The notes beneath the pieces are model-generated. The model saw nothing but the letters and a program-made list of their open reading frames with translations, did no database searches and had not been told where the DNA came from. A stretch of DNA of 63,034 bases, the filler included, from Diploschistes diacapsis (Eukaryota), in assembly GCA_023645945.1 (NCBI GenBank). It is 21 parts of 21 records of this genome, joined end to end, with 100 filler letters (N's around TTAATTAATTAA, not from the genome) between each part and the next. Parts side by side here need not be neighbours in the genome. Positions count along the whole stretch, not along the records: positions 19,527 to 38,931 come from JALAIB010000373.1; 20 more parts are not named here. One strand, written 5' to 3'. Positions 23,317-34,476 of the stretch are shown here, one piece after another. A program made the translations under genes and the position numbers. Numbering within the stretch: the stretch's first letter is position 1; each line of letters opens with the position of its first letter.

Positions 23317-23877
23317 CGAATCGAATGGTCTGTAAGTTAACACTGCGTTAGCTTAGGTTATCATTCAGATATCCATTTGCTCATGGGCATGTATCAAAAA
23401 ATCTGAGCAAATTGAAAAAGAGGGTAGGGAAAGTCTCGGACTTGTGACAGCGAGATAGGAAATCAAATCCACCGATCTCTGTGACTAGGATCTACTAGCT
23501 TCCGAATAGCTTCATGATGAAATTCTCCAGCTCTCTTCGCTGTATATCTTCTTTTCCTAAAGATATAATGGGAGTTCTCGATTTTTGGTGACATTGCCAA
23601 CCTAATTTAATTGTACGAGCACCACGAGCTGAACGAGTATTGATCGCGAACCGTAGGGCTGTCAGCAGCCGGCCTTTTCCGGAGTAGCTTCCGGACGTCA
23701 TCATGGCCCCCATCTATTGAGTCATTAACAATACCTTCAAAGCCGATTATTTCTCGCAAAAGCTGCAGTCACCACCAATCTGGACTGCCACAACTCCTTC
23801 AAAATGTCCGGACCAGATCGATAGTCCTTTTGTGCTCCACAGCGAAACCCCCTCCACCCTCCGCTGCCGAATAAAGC

Positions 23878-25035
23878 ATGCCTAATGGCGTCCCGCTTCC
23901 ACCTTCAGCTACCGCAACAGCTCCAGCTCTTTCTCCGAACAACGCAGGCACAGCAGCCACCGCAACCAAGACCACCCTTCGTCCCCCAACAACCTTCCAC
24001 TTCCTCGCCGGCCTCTCCACCGGCGTCCTCTCCGCCTTCCTCCTCCAGCCCGCCGACCTCCTCAAAACCCGCGTCCAGCAATCGCGCTCCACCTCCCTCC
24101 TGCTCACCCTCCGCTCCATAACCGCCGGCCCAAACGCCATCCAGCACCTATGGCGCGGCACGCTCCCCAGCGTCATCCGCACGGGTCTCGGATCGGCGCT
24201 GTATTTCACGACGCTGAACGCGCTGCGCGAGAACGTGGCTAGGAGCAGCCTGCTTGCTCCGGCGAGCACGGTTCCAGCTCCCACCATATCCAAGGGCAAC
24301 GGCGGCGCACCACAAAACATCCTGTCGCCGTCTTCGTCGTCGTCATCCTCCTCCTCCTCCTCCCTCCCCCGCCTCTCCAACACCGCAAACCTCGCAACCG
24401 GCGCCATCGCCCGGGCATCCGCCGGCTTCGTGCTGATGCCCGTCACCGTGCTCAAAGTGCGCTACGAATCCAGCCTGTACGCCTACACGTCGCTGCCCTC
24501 CGCCACGGCGCACATCCTCAAGCAAGAAGGCGCGCGGGGCCTCTTCGCCGGCTTCGGTGCCACGGCCGTGCGCGACGCGCCGTATGCGGGGCTGTACGTC
24601 GTGTGCTACGAGCGGCTGAAGCCGCTGCTGGGGGGTCTGCTGTACGCTTCGTCCGCGGCTGCGAAGACGAACAACAGCAATAGCAACGACAGCGACACGG
24701 AAGGCTCCGTCACGGCGGGTACGGGGATCGAGAAGGCAGGGGGCATGACGACCCCCCAGTCCGCCACAACAAACTTCCTCTCCGGCATGCTCGCCGCGGG
24801 GATCGCAACGGCGGCCACGAACCCGTTCGACGCGGTGAAGACGCGGCTGCAGCTGCTGCCGGGCAAATATGGGAACATGGTGCAGGCCGCGGGGACGATG
24901 TTGCGGGAGGAAGGGGTGCGGAGCCTGTTCGATGGCTTGACGCTCAGGATGGGGAGGAAGGCCGTTAGTAGTGCGGTGGCGTGGACGATTTATGAGGAGT
25001 TGATTAGGAGGGCGGAGGGGAGGTGGGTGAGGTAG
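23878..25035 (+). CDS. HEM25: Mitochondrial glycine carrier (SLC25A38/Hem25 family)
   Basis: Carrier signature repeats [24 protein letters not shown] and [11 protein letters not shown], plus LWRGTLPS and [13 protein letters not shown]. Single exon. Confidence 0.9.
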   Translation: MPNGVPLPPSATATAPALSPNNAGTAATATKTTLRPPTTFHFLAGLSTGVLSAFLLQPADLLKTRVQQSRSTSLLLTLRSITAGPNAIQHLWRGTLPSVIRTGLGSALYFTTLNALRENVARSSLLAPASTVPAPTISKGNGGAPQNILSPSSSSSSSSSSSLPRLSNTANLATGAIARASAGFVLMPVTVLKVRYESSLYAYTSLPSATAHILKQEGARGLFAGFGATAVRDAPYAGLYVVCYERLKPLLGGLLYASSAAAKTNNSNSNDSDTEGSVTAGTGIEKAGGMTTPQSATTNFLSGMLAAGIATAATNPFDAVKTRLQLLPGKYGNMVQAAGTMLREEGVRSLFDGLTLRMGRKAVSSAVAWTIYEELIRRAEGRWVR

Positions 25036-25631
25036 GCCAGGATAGGAAGGATAGGAAGGGGGTTAGGTACTGGATGCTGGGCGCAGGGAGCAGGGAGAAG
25101 GACGATGGGAGAGAAGGAATCTATGATGGTTTCTGAGGATTTCTAGGTGTATATGGTTTCGGATGGACGGGATTGCTTGCCTCCTTGTACATGTCTCAAG
25201 ATATCTCTGTCATTTATTCTGGCTCGTATGTTTGTCACGGGCAGTTGATTACCGTAATCAACCAGCCATGCATCATATTGCTTTATTTGACAGATCCGTG
25301 AAACCCATTTGCATTATTACACAACAAGCTGAACTCTCGCCACCCTAACGAGCATACGCCTCTAACCCACCGTGGTAGCCTTGCAGGTCTTGCTAAGTCG
25401 TGTCGAGATAGTAAAGACAACTCCGACCTCGCCCTGATGGTAAACCGACCGGGGTATCATGGGCTCCTTTTACAAACGCCAGATGCAAGCAAAGCATGGA
25501 TATCGGAGGAAAATGCACCTCAGCTCGACTTGTAAAGTATATGGCGAGATGCGAGATGTGAGCAGGGGCCGAAGCATTGCATAATTTCAAGAACTGGCGA
25601 CCAAACACTTGGAGAGGATCGAAATCGGCCC

Positions 25632-26644
25632 TCAGCTAGAGGGAGAATGTTCGAAAACCAATGCATTGACGACGTGTCCCTCTTTGAAGCCTTGCGCCAT
25701 TAAAGGCTCGTTTTCTTTGAGCATCTTTCCCATGTAGGCAAGGCGAAGCTTGAAGATGATCTGATTCGGCGTGAGCATTCAAGGACTGCACGAAATCCAA
25801 TGTGCATCTAAGATGCTGCAACATACTTGTGACTCCTCCTTGACCCTCTCAATAACGCTCTGGACCGTTTCTTCCTTACTGATCCAGACTACCACGTCCT
25901 TAGCGCGGTCACTCAACCTCGCCTTAACCTTCACACCCGAGCCTTTCTTTGGAGCCTTGCCCTTACCCTTCTCCTCTTTCTTCACTTCTTTCTGAGCATC
26001 TGCACCCTGGATGGTTTCCAGGTGTGCTGTACCTTCACCATCTGCCGTCCCCTTCTGTAGACTCACTGGCTCGTCTTGAAACATGTTTGTAGGATCAGCA
26101 ACCACGAACTCAGGAAGCTGGTAATACTGTCCTGCCTGGTCGTACACACCCTCAGCCAAGTCACCAGTGGGGACAGTGATATCGGCTGCAATTATGATTC
26201 CTTGGGCTGTTTCAATGTCGCCGCTCCGTACCAACTCTATTGTCATGCGAAGGCCGTTCCAGATCTCCGGACTACCGGTCACCCGAGTATCGAAGAAGGC
26301 TTCTCGCTCTCGCTGTAGGCTAGAAGGGGTCCAACGATGTTTAGACTTCCACTCGTGCAGTCGAAGAGGACTGTTGAACCGCTCTGCGGGACGCAGGTGC
26401 CGTCGATGAGTAGGACCTGGGGAATGAGAGGTTGTAGAAGCACGAGGCGACGTAGAAGAGTTGGCTGCTATTGGGGTCGAAGACGTAGCGTGTGGTTGAT
26501 TCGCATAAGGAGGAGATACATCTGCGGAGCGAGAGGTAGAATTACAGCAACCCTGTGGAACGTATTGGTTAGCATCCATCGTCCGAGAAACGAGCAGAGA
26601 TTGCTCGTGCAACCGGGCAGAGATGTTTGCAGCTAACACACCAT
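25632..26644 (-). CDS. UBTD/DC-UbP-family ubiquitin-domain protein with N-terminal MGCC acylation motif
   Basis: Exon 1 is the ATG alone (26642-26644); intron 26553-26641 yields MGCCNS. Core motifs REREAFFDTRVTGSPEIW, PTGDL..GVYD and YQLPEFVV. Last exon is a ubiquitin-like tail LRLAYMGKML..GHVVNALVF after an intron at ~25761-25826. Confidence 0.88.
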
Positions 26645-27388
26645 TTTAGTGTTGTCCAGCGACTCTTATTATACCTGCGAGACGATCTGCAAGACCAAAT
26701 GATATCGAAAGTATACTATTTTAAGCGTGGCTATAGCGGAAGCGCCTCGCAGCGTAGATAGTACAGATAGCAGCTCTCAACTCCTTGGAACGAGCTTGAA
26801 TGCGAGAGAGACATGATAAGCACAAATTTAGAAAACGAGCGTGTCAAGCGAATGCGATAATATAGCTTTCAGACCCAGGGCGAAGCAATCAAGGTTGGAA
26901 TAGGTGCAATAAAGGTCAAACTGGGGAACGTGGATTGTCAATATGACCAGCAAGGTCAAATAGCCAGACGCTTGACTTGTAGACAATCTGATGGTGCAAA
27001 GTCCATACGGAAGTGAATCTTCCAAGGATCGAAGCTCGGGCTCAGAGGAGAGGCGGAGCATCAGTGTCGTATCGTACAACAACTACTAGGTACAACGACG
27101 ACATGAACCACATTAAGGATACCAACCTACCAAGATAAGGTTGCTAGATCCCGCCAAGCCCAAAACCACTTACAGGCAACTTCCAAATTCTCGCCACGCA
27201 TGGATTATTTTTCTTTCACAGTATTACAAGGCACCTAGTATCTACACTTCTTCTTTTTCAATGCTGTTGGACTGCTATGTGTATGGGTGTGTCTGTGCTG
27301 ATAGAAACCATAAAGCTGACTCGCTGGGAATCACATCTACCTGGCTCCAAACCAATCCAGAACGGCGACGCCGGTTCCCGCCTCTTCG

Positions 27389-29816
27389 CTATGGTCTGGG
27401 CATGCCATGACCCTTGGCCCTATTGCCTAGATCTATGGCTCTGGTCGCTGCCTCTCCAAAGTCATCAAATGCCTCGATTGGAAGGCCACTCTCAGCGATG
27501 AGCTTCTGGCCTTCCTTCTCGTTCGTTCCTCTCAACCTGACTACAACAGGGACCTGAATGCCAACTTCCTTGTACGCCTTTATCACACCCTTCGCAATCA
27601 TGTCACCGAGGGTTAGTCCGCCAAAGATGTTGACCTGCGAGAGATTTCAGCATAACCGACCTTTTTAATAGTCGCAAAAGAGGCTCACAAAGATGATATT
27701 GACTCTCGAGTCTGTCAGTATCGTTCGGAAGGCTTGGCTAACAGTATCCGATGTCGCTTTGCCGCCAGTATCGAGAAAATTGGCAGGTGATCCGCCCAGG
27801 TTTCTTAGAGCATCTACTGTGTTCATTGCGAGACCAGCTCCGTTCACTGCTAGATGTTGGCGCGGTACAGGAACCTTGGGGGAGCGGATGATATACCGAG
27901 AGTTCCCAGATTGTTATCCCCTGGGAACCTGACGTATACAATACCATGTCTTTCGGCTTCAACTGCTTCTGGAACAAATGCGGATGTGTCTCGATGTTCA
28001 TAAATATTCGCCTGCCGCTTCGAGCTCTTGTAAGCTGAATCGTCAAACTCGGCATCTATCCAAAGGAGCTTCCATTCCGCTGCTATAGCATCATACGCTG
28101 CGTCAATTGTCAACATCGAAGCTTCTTTCTCTTTAAAGAGCTTGGCGAAACTCCATGCCATTTCTGCTAAACCTGTAGTTGCCCCTATGGAAGCGAGGAC
28201 ACCCTGCCGACCCTGATTATCTCCTGTTATAGTTTGGCTAGCGCGTCCCATTTCTTCTACCAAATGCTTCTTGCAGGCAGAAGCATCTAGATTGTAAGGA
28301 TAGCTAATTTCGACCCGCCAATTCGAGTTGCCACTCTTGGAATTTGCTGCTTGACCTTCGTCTCCCTTTGCTTCAATGGCTAGTGGTACTACATTTTCAC
28401 CAGTAGTATCTTTGACACGGAGGCAAGGCATGTAAGTCAACCTGTTTGGAAAGAATTGCAGCTGAACTCGTTGCGCCTGCGAGAGACTCCCTCTTAGTTT
28501 AAACGCAAGGTTCACTTGGTATGATGGTACGCGGAAGCCTCGTCTTAGCGGTTGATTTATTGATTCGTTGAAGTAAAACCGTGATGGCCGGGTGGAGGTA
28601 TGTAAAGTTCTTTTCTGTAAGTCAAAAGGCTGGTTGTTCTGCTGCAGGGAGGTCGTCCGCTGGTAGTTTCTATCCAGAATTGCTCTCATGATATTTCCGA
28701 ATTTTTCGGGGTGGTCTGTAAGGACCACACCTGCTTCCTCCAACATCTGTATCTTTCTTCTAGCGGTTTCTTCCTCTCTATCGCGGAAAACCGCTCCCGC
28801 ATGGCCCATAACCACGCCTGGCGGTGCCTGCAACCCAGCTATAAGAGCCATAATAGGCCTACTTCTATCAGGTGAGTGACCCCAGTAGAGTCGAAGAAGA
28901 CTCACTTTGGACTTGCACTTCTTTTCTTGTAATCACGAATCCACTCAGCGGCTCTGAGCTCTGCTGTACCACCTATTTCTCCGACGATAATGATTCCCTT
29001 GGTGTTCTCGTCGTGCTCGAAAACCTTCAGAACATCTACAAAATCCGTACCAGGGAGTGGGTCGCCCCCTATTCCAACGACAAGGGACTGGCCTAATCCG
29101 GCTCTCGTGGTGGAAGCAACCGTTTCATAGCTCAAGGTACCAGATTTGGAGACAATCCCGACTGACCCCGCCTGGAAGAATGGTATGGGTGGGAATCCGA
29201 TCCTACATCGAGCGTGGGGATTGATCATTCCAGGGCAATTGGGACCTACCAGACGAGACTTGGATTGCGTTCTCAGTACATCTTGCACCTAATTCAGAGG
29301 TAAGACAAGGACCAGCAGCGAAGATCAAGTTGTCCGGCTCACACGAAGCATGTCATGTAAAGGAATAAATTCCGCCACGGCAACTATAAGTGGTATCTCT
29401 GATTCGATGGCTTCTTCGATGGCGGCTGCTGCTCCTGGTGCTGCTACATAAACCGCCGTCGCGTCTGGCTTTAGACGCTCCATTGCCTGCCTCAACTTAG
29501 CCACACCACCCAAGATGCGAATGCTGACGTATGGGATAAAGCTGACGGCTTTCATGGAAGGCACCACAGGTAAGCCCAAATGCTCACCGTCCTTGCCCGG
29601 ACGCACGCCTCCCACAATCTTGGTTCCATACTCGATAGACTGTTTAGCGTCGAAAGTGGCTTGTTTACCAGTGAAGCCTTGGAGGATGACCCTCGTCTCC
29701 GCTTTGATGCGTAGATTCTCGACCGTGTCAGCGTATGACAATGATCTTCTCTGCGATTTCTGTCCTAAACCTCGTAACAGACGCCATGTATCTGGCATCA
29801 ATCTGGATGAAGCCAT
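27389..29816 (-). CDS. Single-chain succinyl-CoA-synthetase-like alpha-beta fusion protein, mitochondrial (6 exons)
   Basis: Arg-rich presequence. Alpha motifs RVILQGFTGKQAT, RLVGPNCPG, SKSGTLSYE, GIGGD, GEIGG and MGHAGA continue without a stop into beta motifs FDDSAYK, VNGAGLAMNT, PANFLDTGG, VNIFGG and PVVVRLRGTN. Five predicted introns keep one frame. Confidence 0.9.
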
Positions 29817-30113
29817 TACGGGGTAACAAAATGACGCGCCCCCAGATATGGTAGAAATGAGGCAAGGCAATGATTTGTTGAATCTCCGCTGCAATCATCG
29901 ATAAACAATCATCACGGATAGAGGCCAACTCTCTCGTGTAAAGTAAAGCTATGTTATAGCAATCCCAAGAAGAGCTAGTGTGTTGTGAGTTCAATCCACC
30001 TGAATGTGCAGTTTAGCTCGGATGGAAATCGACATTTCGAACGAATTGTAGTCTAGTATGCCAGCCATATATATGAATTTCCCTTCAACTTAAAGGTCGT
30101 CGGCATTTCGAAA

Positions 30114-31526
30114 ATGGTGCAGCCCTTCACCGTCCGCAATCTCACCTCGACGTCACTGCAGCTCAAGATCGTCGAACGCTTCAACTCTCCACCCAACTCC
30201 AAAGCCAACTTCACCGCGTTCATCAGCTTCTGCCACCCAGCAAGACCAGATGTCCAGCAGCTTGAAGCCAGCTCGGACAGCTACCATGCGCAGGATGTCT
30301 TAGTACCCATTGAGCCATTCAAGACCGTTAAAACCAGCATCCTTCCTGCGGCGCCGGACTCAGGTATTACAGTTCGGTTGACCTTCGAGTGTGAGAATCA
30401 AGCATACCGAATCAGCACTCCTACGCCTCTAGATAGGTCTGCGGTGTTGACACCGCTGGCAAACAGACCCAATCATGAGTTTACAGCAGTTTATCTGCCG
30501 GAGCATTCGTTCTTGGCTCTGTATATGTCCTCAGACCTCCATTGCTGGATGAAGTCTTTACGGGATGACACGCCGCTCGCCTTGCTGTCGATCCCTGGAA
30601 CCCACAATTCACCAACCCATTACCGTGCTATGCCTTCTGTCAGGTGTCAGGCGGTGTCGATCAAGGATCAGCTACAAAATGGAATTCGCTTCTTCGACGT
30701 CCGAGTTCAGCCCGAAAGCGCAAAAGACGAGACAAAGCCCACGCTATATCTCGTCCACTCGGCTTTTTCGGTATGCTTGGGCCCGTCAAAGCACTTGAAG
30801 GATTTTCTTGATGATCTCGAGGGTTTTCTGGACGAGAACTCCAGCGAAACCGTGCTACTGTCTTTGAAAAGAGAAGGTACTGGGTCGGCAACGGACGAGC
30901 ACCTCAGCCGGATCTTGAAGCAACATTATGCTGATAGGAGTGATAAATGGTTCACCGAGCCTCGTGTCCCGACCTTGGGAGAAGCCAGAAAGAAAATCAT
31001 CCTAATCCGACGATTCAAGCTTCATGAGAATTTGAGGGGCGAGTGGGGTGGTCGGGGTTGGGGCATCGACGCCTCTGTGTGGGCCGATAATACTCCTTGC
31101 GCGCCCACTGCTAATGGAGAAATCTTCGTTCAGGATTTCTACGAAGTACTCGAATCACAAAATATAGAGAAGAAGATCAGCTATGTCGAGGAGCACATGG
31201 CAAAGGCTGCAGAGCAAACGTTTACTCCCAGCGACAATATGCCTCTTTCTCGGTCTACGTGCCCACTCTATATCAACTTTTTGAATGGGAGCAACTTTTG
31301 GAAAGCGGAATGCTGGCCCGAAAAGATTGCAGCCAAGCTCAATCCCGCCACAGTTGACTATCTGTGCAGGAAGCACAATGGGCCCGACGAGGGAAAGAAA
31401 CTTGGAGATGGCTGCACAGGTGCTATTGTCTGTGACTGGGTCGGCAACAACGGTAACTGGGACCTAGTACGCTGTGTTGTAGGCATGAACGCGAAGTTAG
31501 AAGTGCGGCAGAAGCGCTCGTCGTGA
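30114..31526 (+). CDS. Phosphatidylinositol-specific phospholipase C (bacterial-type PI-PLC X domain)
   Basis: Motifs WMKSL.DDTPL..LSIPGTHNS, QLQNGIRFFDVR, LVH, SETVLLSLKRE, PTLGEARKKI and VQDFYE. Divergent from the SCS fusion across ~300 bp. Confidence 0.9.
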   Translation: MVQPFTVRNLTSTSLQLKIVERFNSPPNSKANFTAFISFCHPARPDVQQLEASSDSYHAQDVLVPIEPFKTVKTSILPAAPDSGITVRLTFECENQAYRISTPTPLDRSAVLTPLANRPNHEFTAVYLPEHSFLALYMSSDLHCWMKSLRDDTPLALLSIPGTHNSPTHYRAMPSVRCQAVSIKDQLQNGIRFFDVRVQPESAKDETKPTLYLVHSAFSVCLGPSKHLKDFLDDLEGFLDENSSETVLLSLKREGTGSATDEHLSRILKQHYADRSDKWFTEPRVPTLGEARKKIILIRRFKLHENLRGEWGGRGWGIDASVWADNTPCAPTANGEIFVQDFYEVLESQNIEKKISYVEEHMAKAAEQTFTPSDNMPLSRSTCPLYINFLNGSNFWKAECWPEKIAAKLNPATVDYLCRKHNGPDEGKKLGDGCTGAIVCDWVGNNGNWDLVRCVVGMNAKLEVRQKRSS

Positions 31527-31783
31527 GGGAAGGAACATGCGCCTCTCCAGCAACCCAAAAGCTCAGGATGGAAATCGCGAGGCAGCATAAACAGCTTCAC
31601 AAAACCATCCGGCGTACTTCTTCTGTTCTTCTCTTGTTTGTCCAGTAAAGATACCATATAGCTTGCATTGCTAACTTTGAATCACTTTCGCTAATACTAC
31701 TTAAGCATTCTTTACTGCCAGCTTGTAGCAAGCTATCTAACCAGTTCATTGCAAACATATAGCCTTTGGATCTTAGAAACAAC

Positions 31784-34476
31784 ATGGACTCCACGCAAGC
31801 CACAAGCCACCAGCAAGAACCCGCAGGTATTAAAGGTCTATTAAACTGTCAGGATAGAGCATTCCTAACCAAATCGCAGAGCCAGAAGAAGGCATAGAGC
31901 TCTCGGATCACCTGCAACACACACATACCTCAGCAAGGGCAAGTCTCTCTGGAAGCACTGTTACTACGGAAGAGCGTGGACGCCTGCAGGACTGGGCTAG
32001 AACCGTCCCCACCCAAAGTCCGCTTGACCCTGTAGAGACTCCGGAGGCTCTGACGGATCCAGAACCGCAGCCGAACCGTTACTTTTGGCAAAAGCAACAC
32101 TTGCTCTTCCGTCTAGAACGGTTCAAGAGATGTACCTGCCTTGGAAGGATCTGGAGAGCTTTCCGAAGAGCCTTCCGAAGACTTTGCAGAAAGATCTCTA
32201 AATTAGCCAAAAAATTCGCAGAATGGATTGCTGCCGCCTTTAGGTCTGGTCTGGACGCTCTTTGCCGTTATTGCGGTCCTCTTGCTCTGCGCAGGGAAGC
32301 ACAGCCTGAAAGTCTTGCAACCGAGTGCCTACCCCCGCGCCCTCCGAGTCCTCTCAGTACGGACCGACCACTGAGCGACAATCACGGCGAAATAGACCGG
32401 CATTACACATCCATGGCGCCACCGATAGGGTATGATGGGGAGGGAGGTTTTGAGTCGCATATGCCCGAACAGACTGAGCCAACAACTCCTGGTCAGCACG
32501 ACCTCCATACTCTAGCTGAGGGGCCTATATCCGAACCTAGTCCACCAGCAACTCCTTCTCCGGATAGTTCTGTCCTAGCTCAGGCGCGGATGGATAGAAT
32601 GAGGACCCTTCAGAGCAACCTTGAATTAATTCGCCAGGATGGTCGCCACATTGCAGACAGCAGCGCCTTCAACGGAGGAACCCCCCCTGAAATGTGTGAC
32701 TTAGGGTCCCTTGGTATCCAGGGTCTTGCCTCAAGTACAATCTCACCGTCAAACGCAAGCACGCGTGGCATGGCTCCCCACGGCTCTATTGCAAGTCCTT
32801 CAGAAAGCTACGCCGGCCCAAAAAATTTGGTAGGCACAATCGAATCCGGGTCGGAAGCTTTAGTAGGCTCTATTAGAACCAATTCAAAAAATTCAGTGGG
32901 CGCGGTTGAATGCGGGACGAACGAGTGCCGGCCTATAAGTTCTGTTCAGAGACAAAGCTCTGGAAGCTCAGCAGCTGGTGCTGTAGTTCAACATAACGTC
33001 GACAGTCAGGGGGACACTGCCGATGACACGCCTATAAAGGAGGCGATTACGGAACCTGGAAGGATCCCTGGCACGCTCGTTCATGTCAGCGACAGCGCTG
33101 GCGAAGACAGTGCTAACCCTCATACACCAGCTTGGCGCAGGAGCAACGATAGCAGTACTATTCGTTCATACAACCCAGAGCCCGACGCTCAAGGACATGA
33201 TCGAACCAATAATGATACCTTCAATCCAACAGACCAAGGTCAGCCCACTAGACGCAATAGTGAAGGAGCTCTTAGCTTCATCGCTAGGGAGCCAGAGCGC
33301 ATCTCCGTAATGCCGTTGGGAAGTGACAGCGCTTCTCGAACCGGCGATGAAACCACCGGCTCTCTAGTGCAAAATTCGAGCACCAGACGCAACAGTGACG
33401 GGGCTTTTAGCTTTATTGCCGGGGAGCCAGAGAGTATGTCTGTAATGCTTTTAGGAAGTGACGGCATTGCTCGACCCGATTATGGTACCTTCACCTCTCC
33501 TGAGCCGAATCCGAACACCAGGCGGAACAGCGACGGAGCTTTTAGCTTTGTTTCCGAGGAGCCAGACCGTATATCCATTAGGCGTCTCGGAGATGATGGC
33601 CCTCCTCGAAACCGTGGGCGTCTGCTAGAACATGACAGTCGAAGACCTGAGGACACATCTCAACGCAGTAAAGCCTCTTCATCAACAAGTGCTAGTCGCG
33701 ACAGCAACGAGCGGCTTCACAGCGAGAACGACGAGGAAGCATGCCGTTTAGATAACCTCAACTCCGCACATCTTTATGAGGAGAGCACTTCAAGCCCCCT
33801 GGATCATATAGTAGCTCCAGGTCCAAGCCAGAGAGCAGAGGGTCCGCGGAATGTTAAAGGTGTCCAAGCAGGCCCCAACCCACAGATTCTCGTGACGGAC
33901 GAGGAAGGGGAGCACAACGCGTGGCATTCTGTCACCGAGCCACGCCGCGCTACTGTAGTTTCCTTGATCAGGTCAGCTCGCCTGCGAAGTATGGTCCAAG
34001 GACTTCCTTTGGGAGGTCTTCCATCGACCATTACTAGGAGCCCCAGTGAATCGTTGTTGGGAGGTTTGACGTACCTCTTCGTAGTGGATTCGCAAGGACC
34101 TGTAACCGTTGTTGGTCCGTCGAGAGAGCATCAGCGGTCCGGTATAGCCAGGAGAAATAGCACGGGAACTCTTTGTAGCGTTGGCAGACGCGGGCCTTCG
34201 GAAGCCTCCGAATCGACCCGCCACGGTACGCCTGCATTTGGTCCGATCTTACCCGGGCCCGACGTCCCAGAGCCGCTGAACATCGACCAGGGTAAAGGCA
34301 GAGCAAAAGAGCAATCAGGACTGGAGGATATTGAAGGAGAGGAACAGACTGATGAGCATGAAGGAAGGCCAGAAGACCATCTTCATAACAAGGCACCCCA
34401 GGATGACGAGACGTTTGACAAGGGCAAAGGAAAAGCTGCGGAGAGTGATTTTGATGGAACCCACCAAGATTCTTGA
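31784..34476 (+). CDS. Largely disordered orphan protein with a cationic amphipathic segment and three 45-aa repeats
   Basis: Predicted exon 1 at 31784-31826 and intron 31827-31879 (GTATTA..CTAAC..CAG) are in frame with the 791-aa ORF. TRRNS(D/E)GA(F/L)SF repeats have a 135-nt period. Confidence 0.75.

Noticed and set aside
23799..24878. Long antisense and alternate-frame ORFs over HEM25 (similarly over HAK1 and ARB1)
   Set aside because: Expected shadows of GC-rich codon usage.
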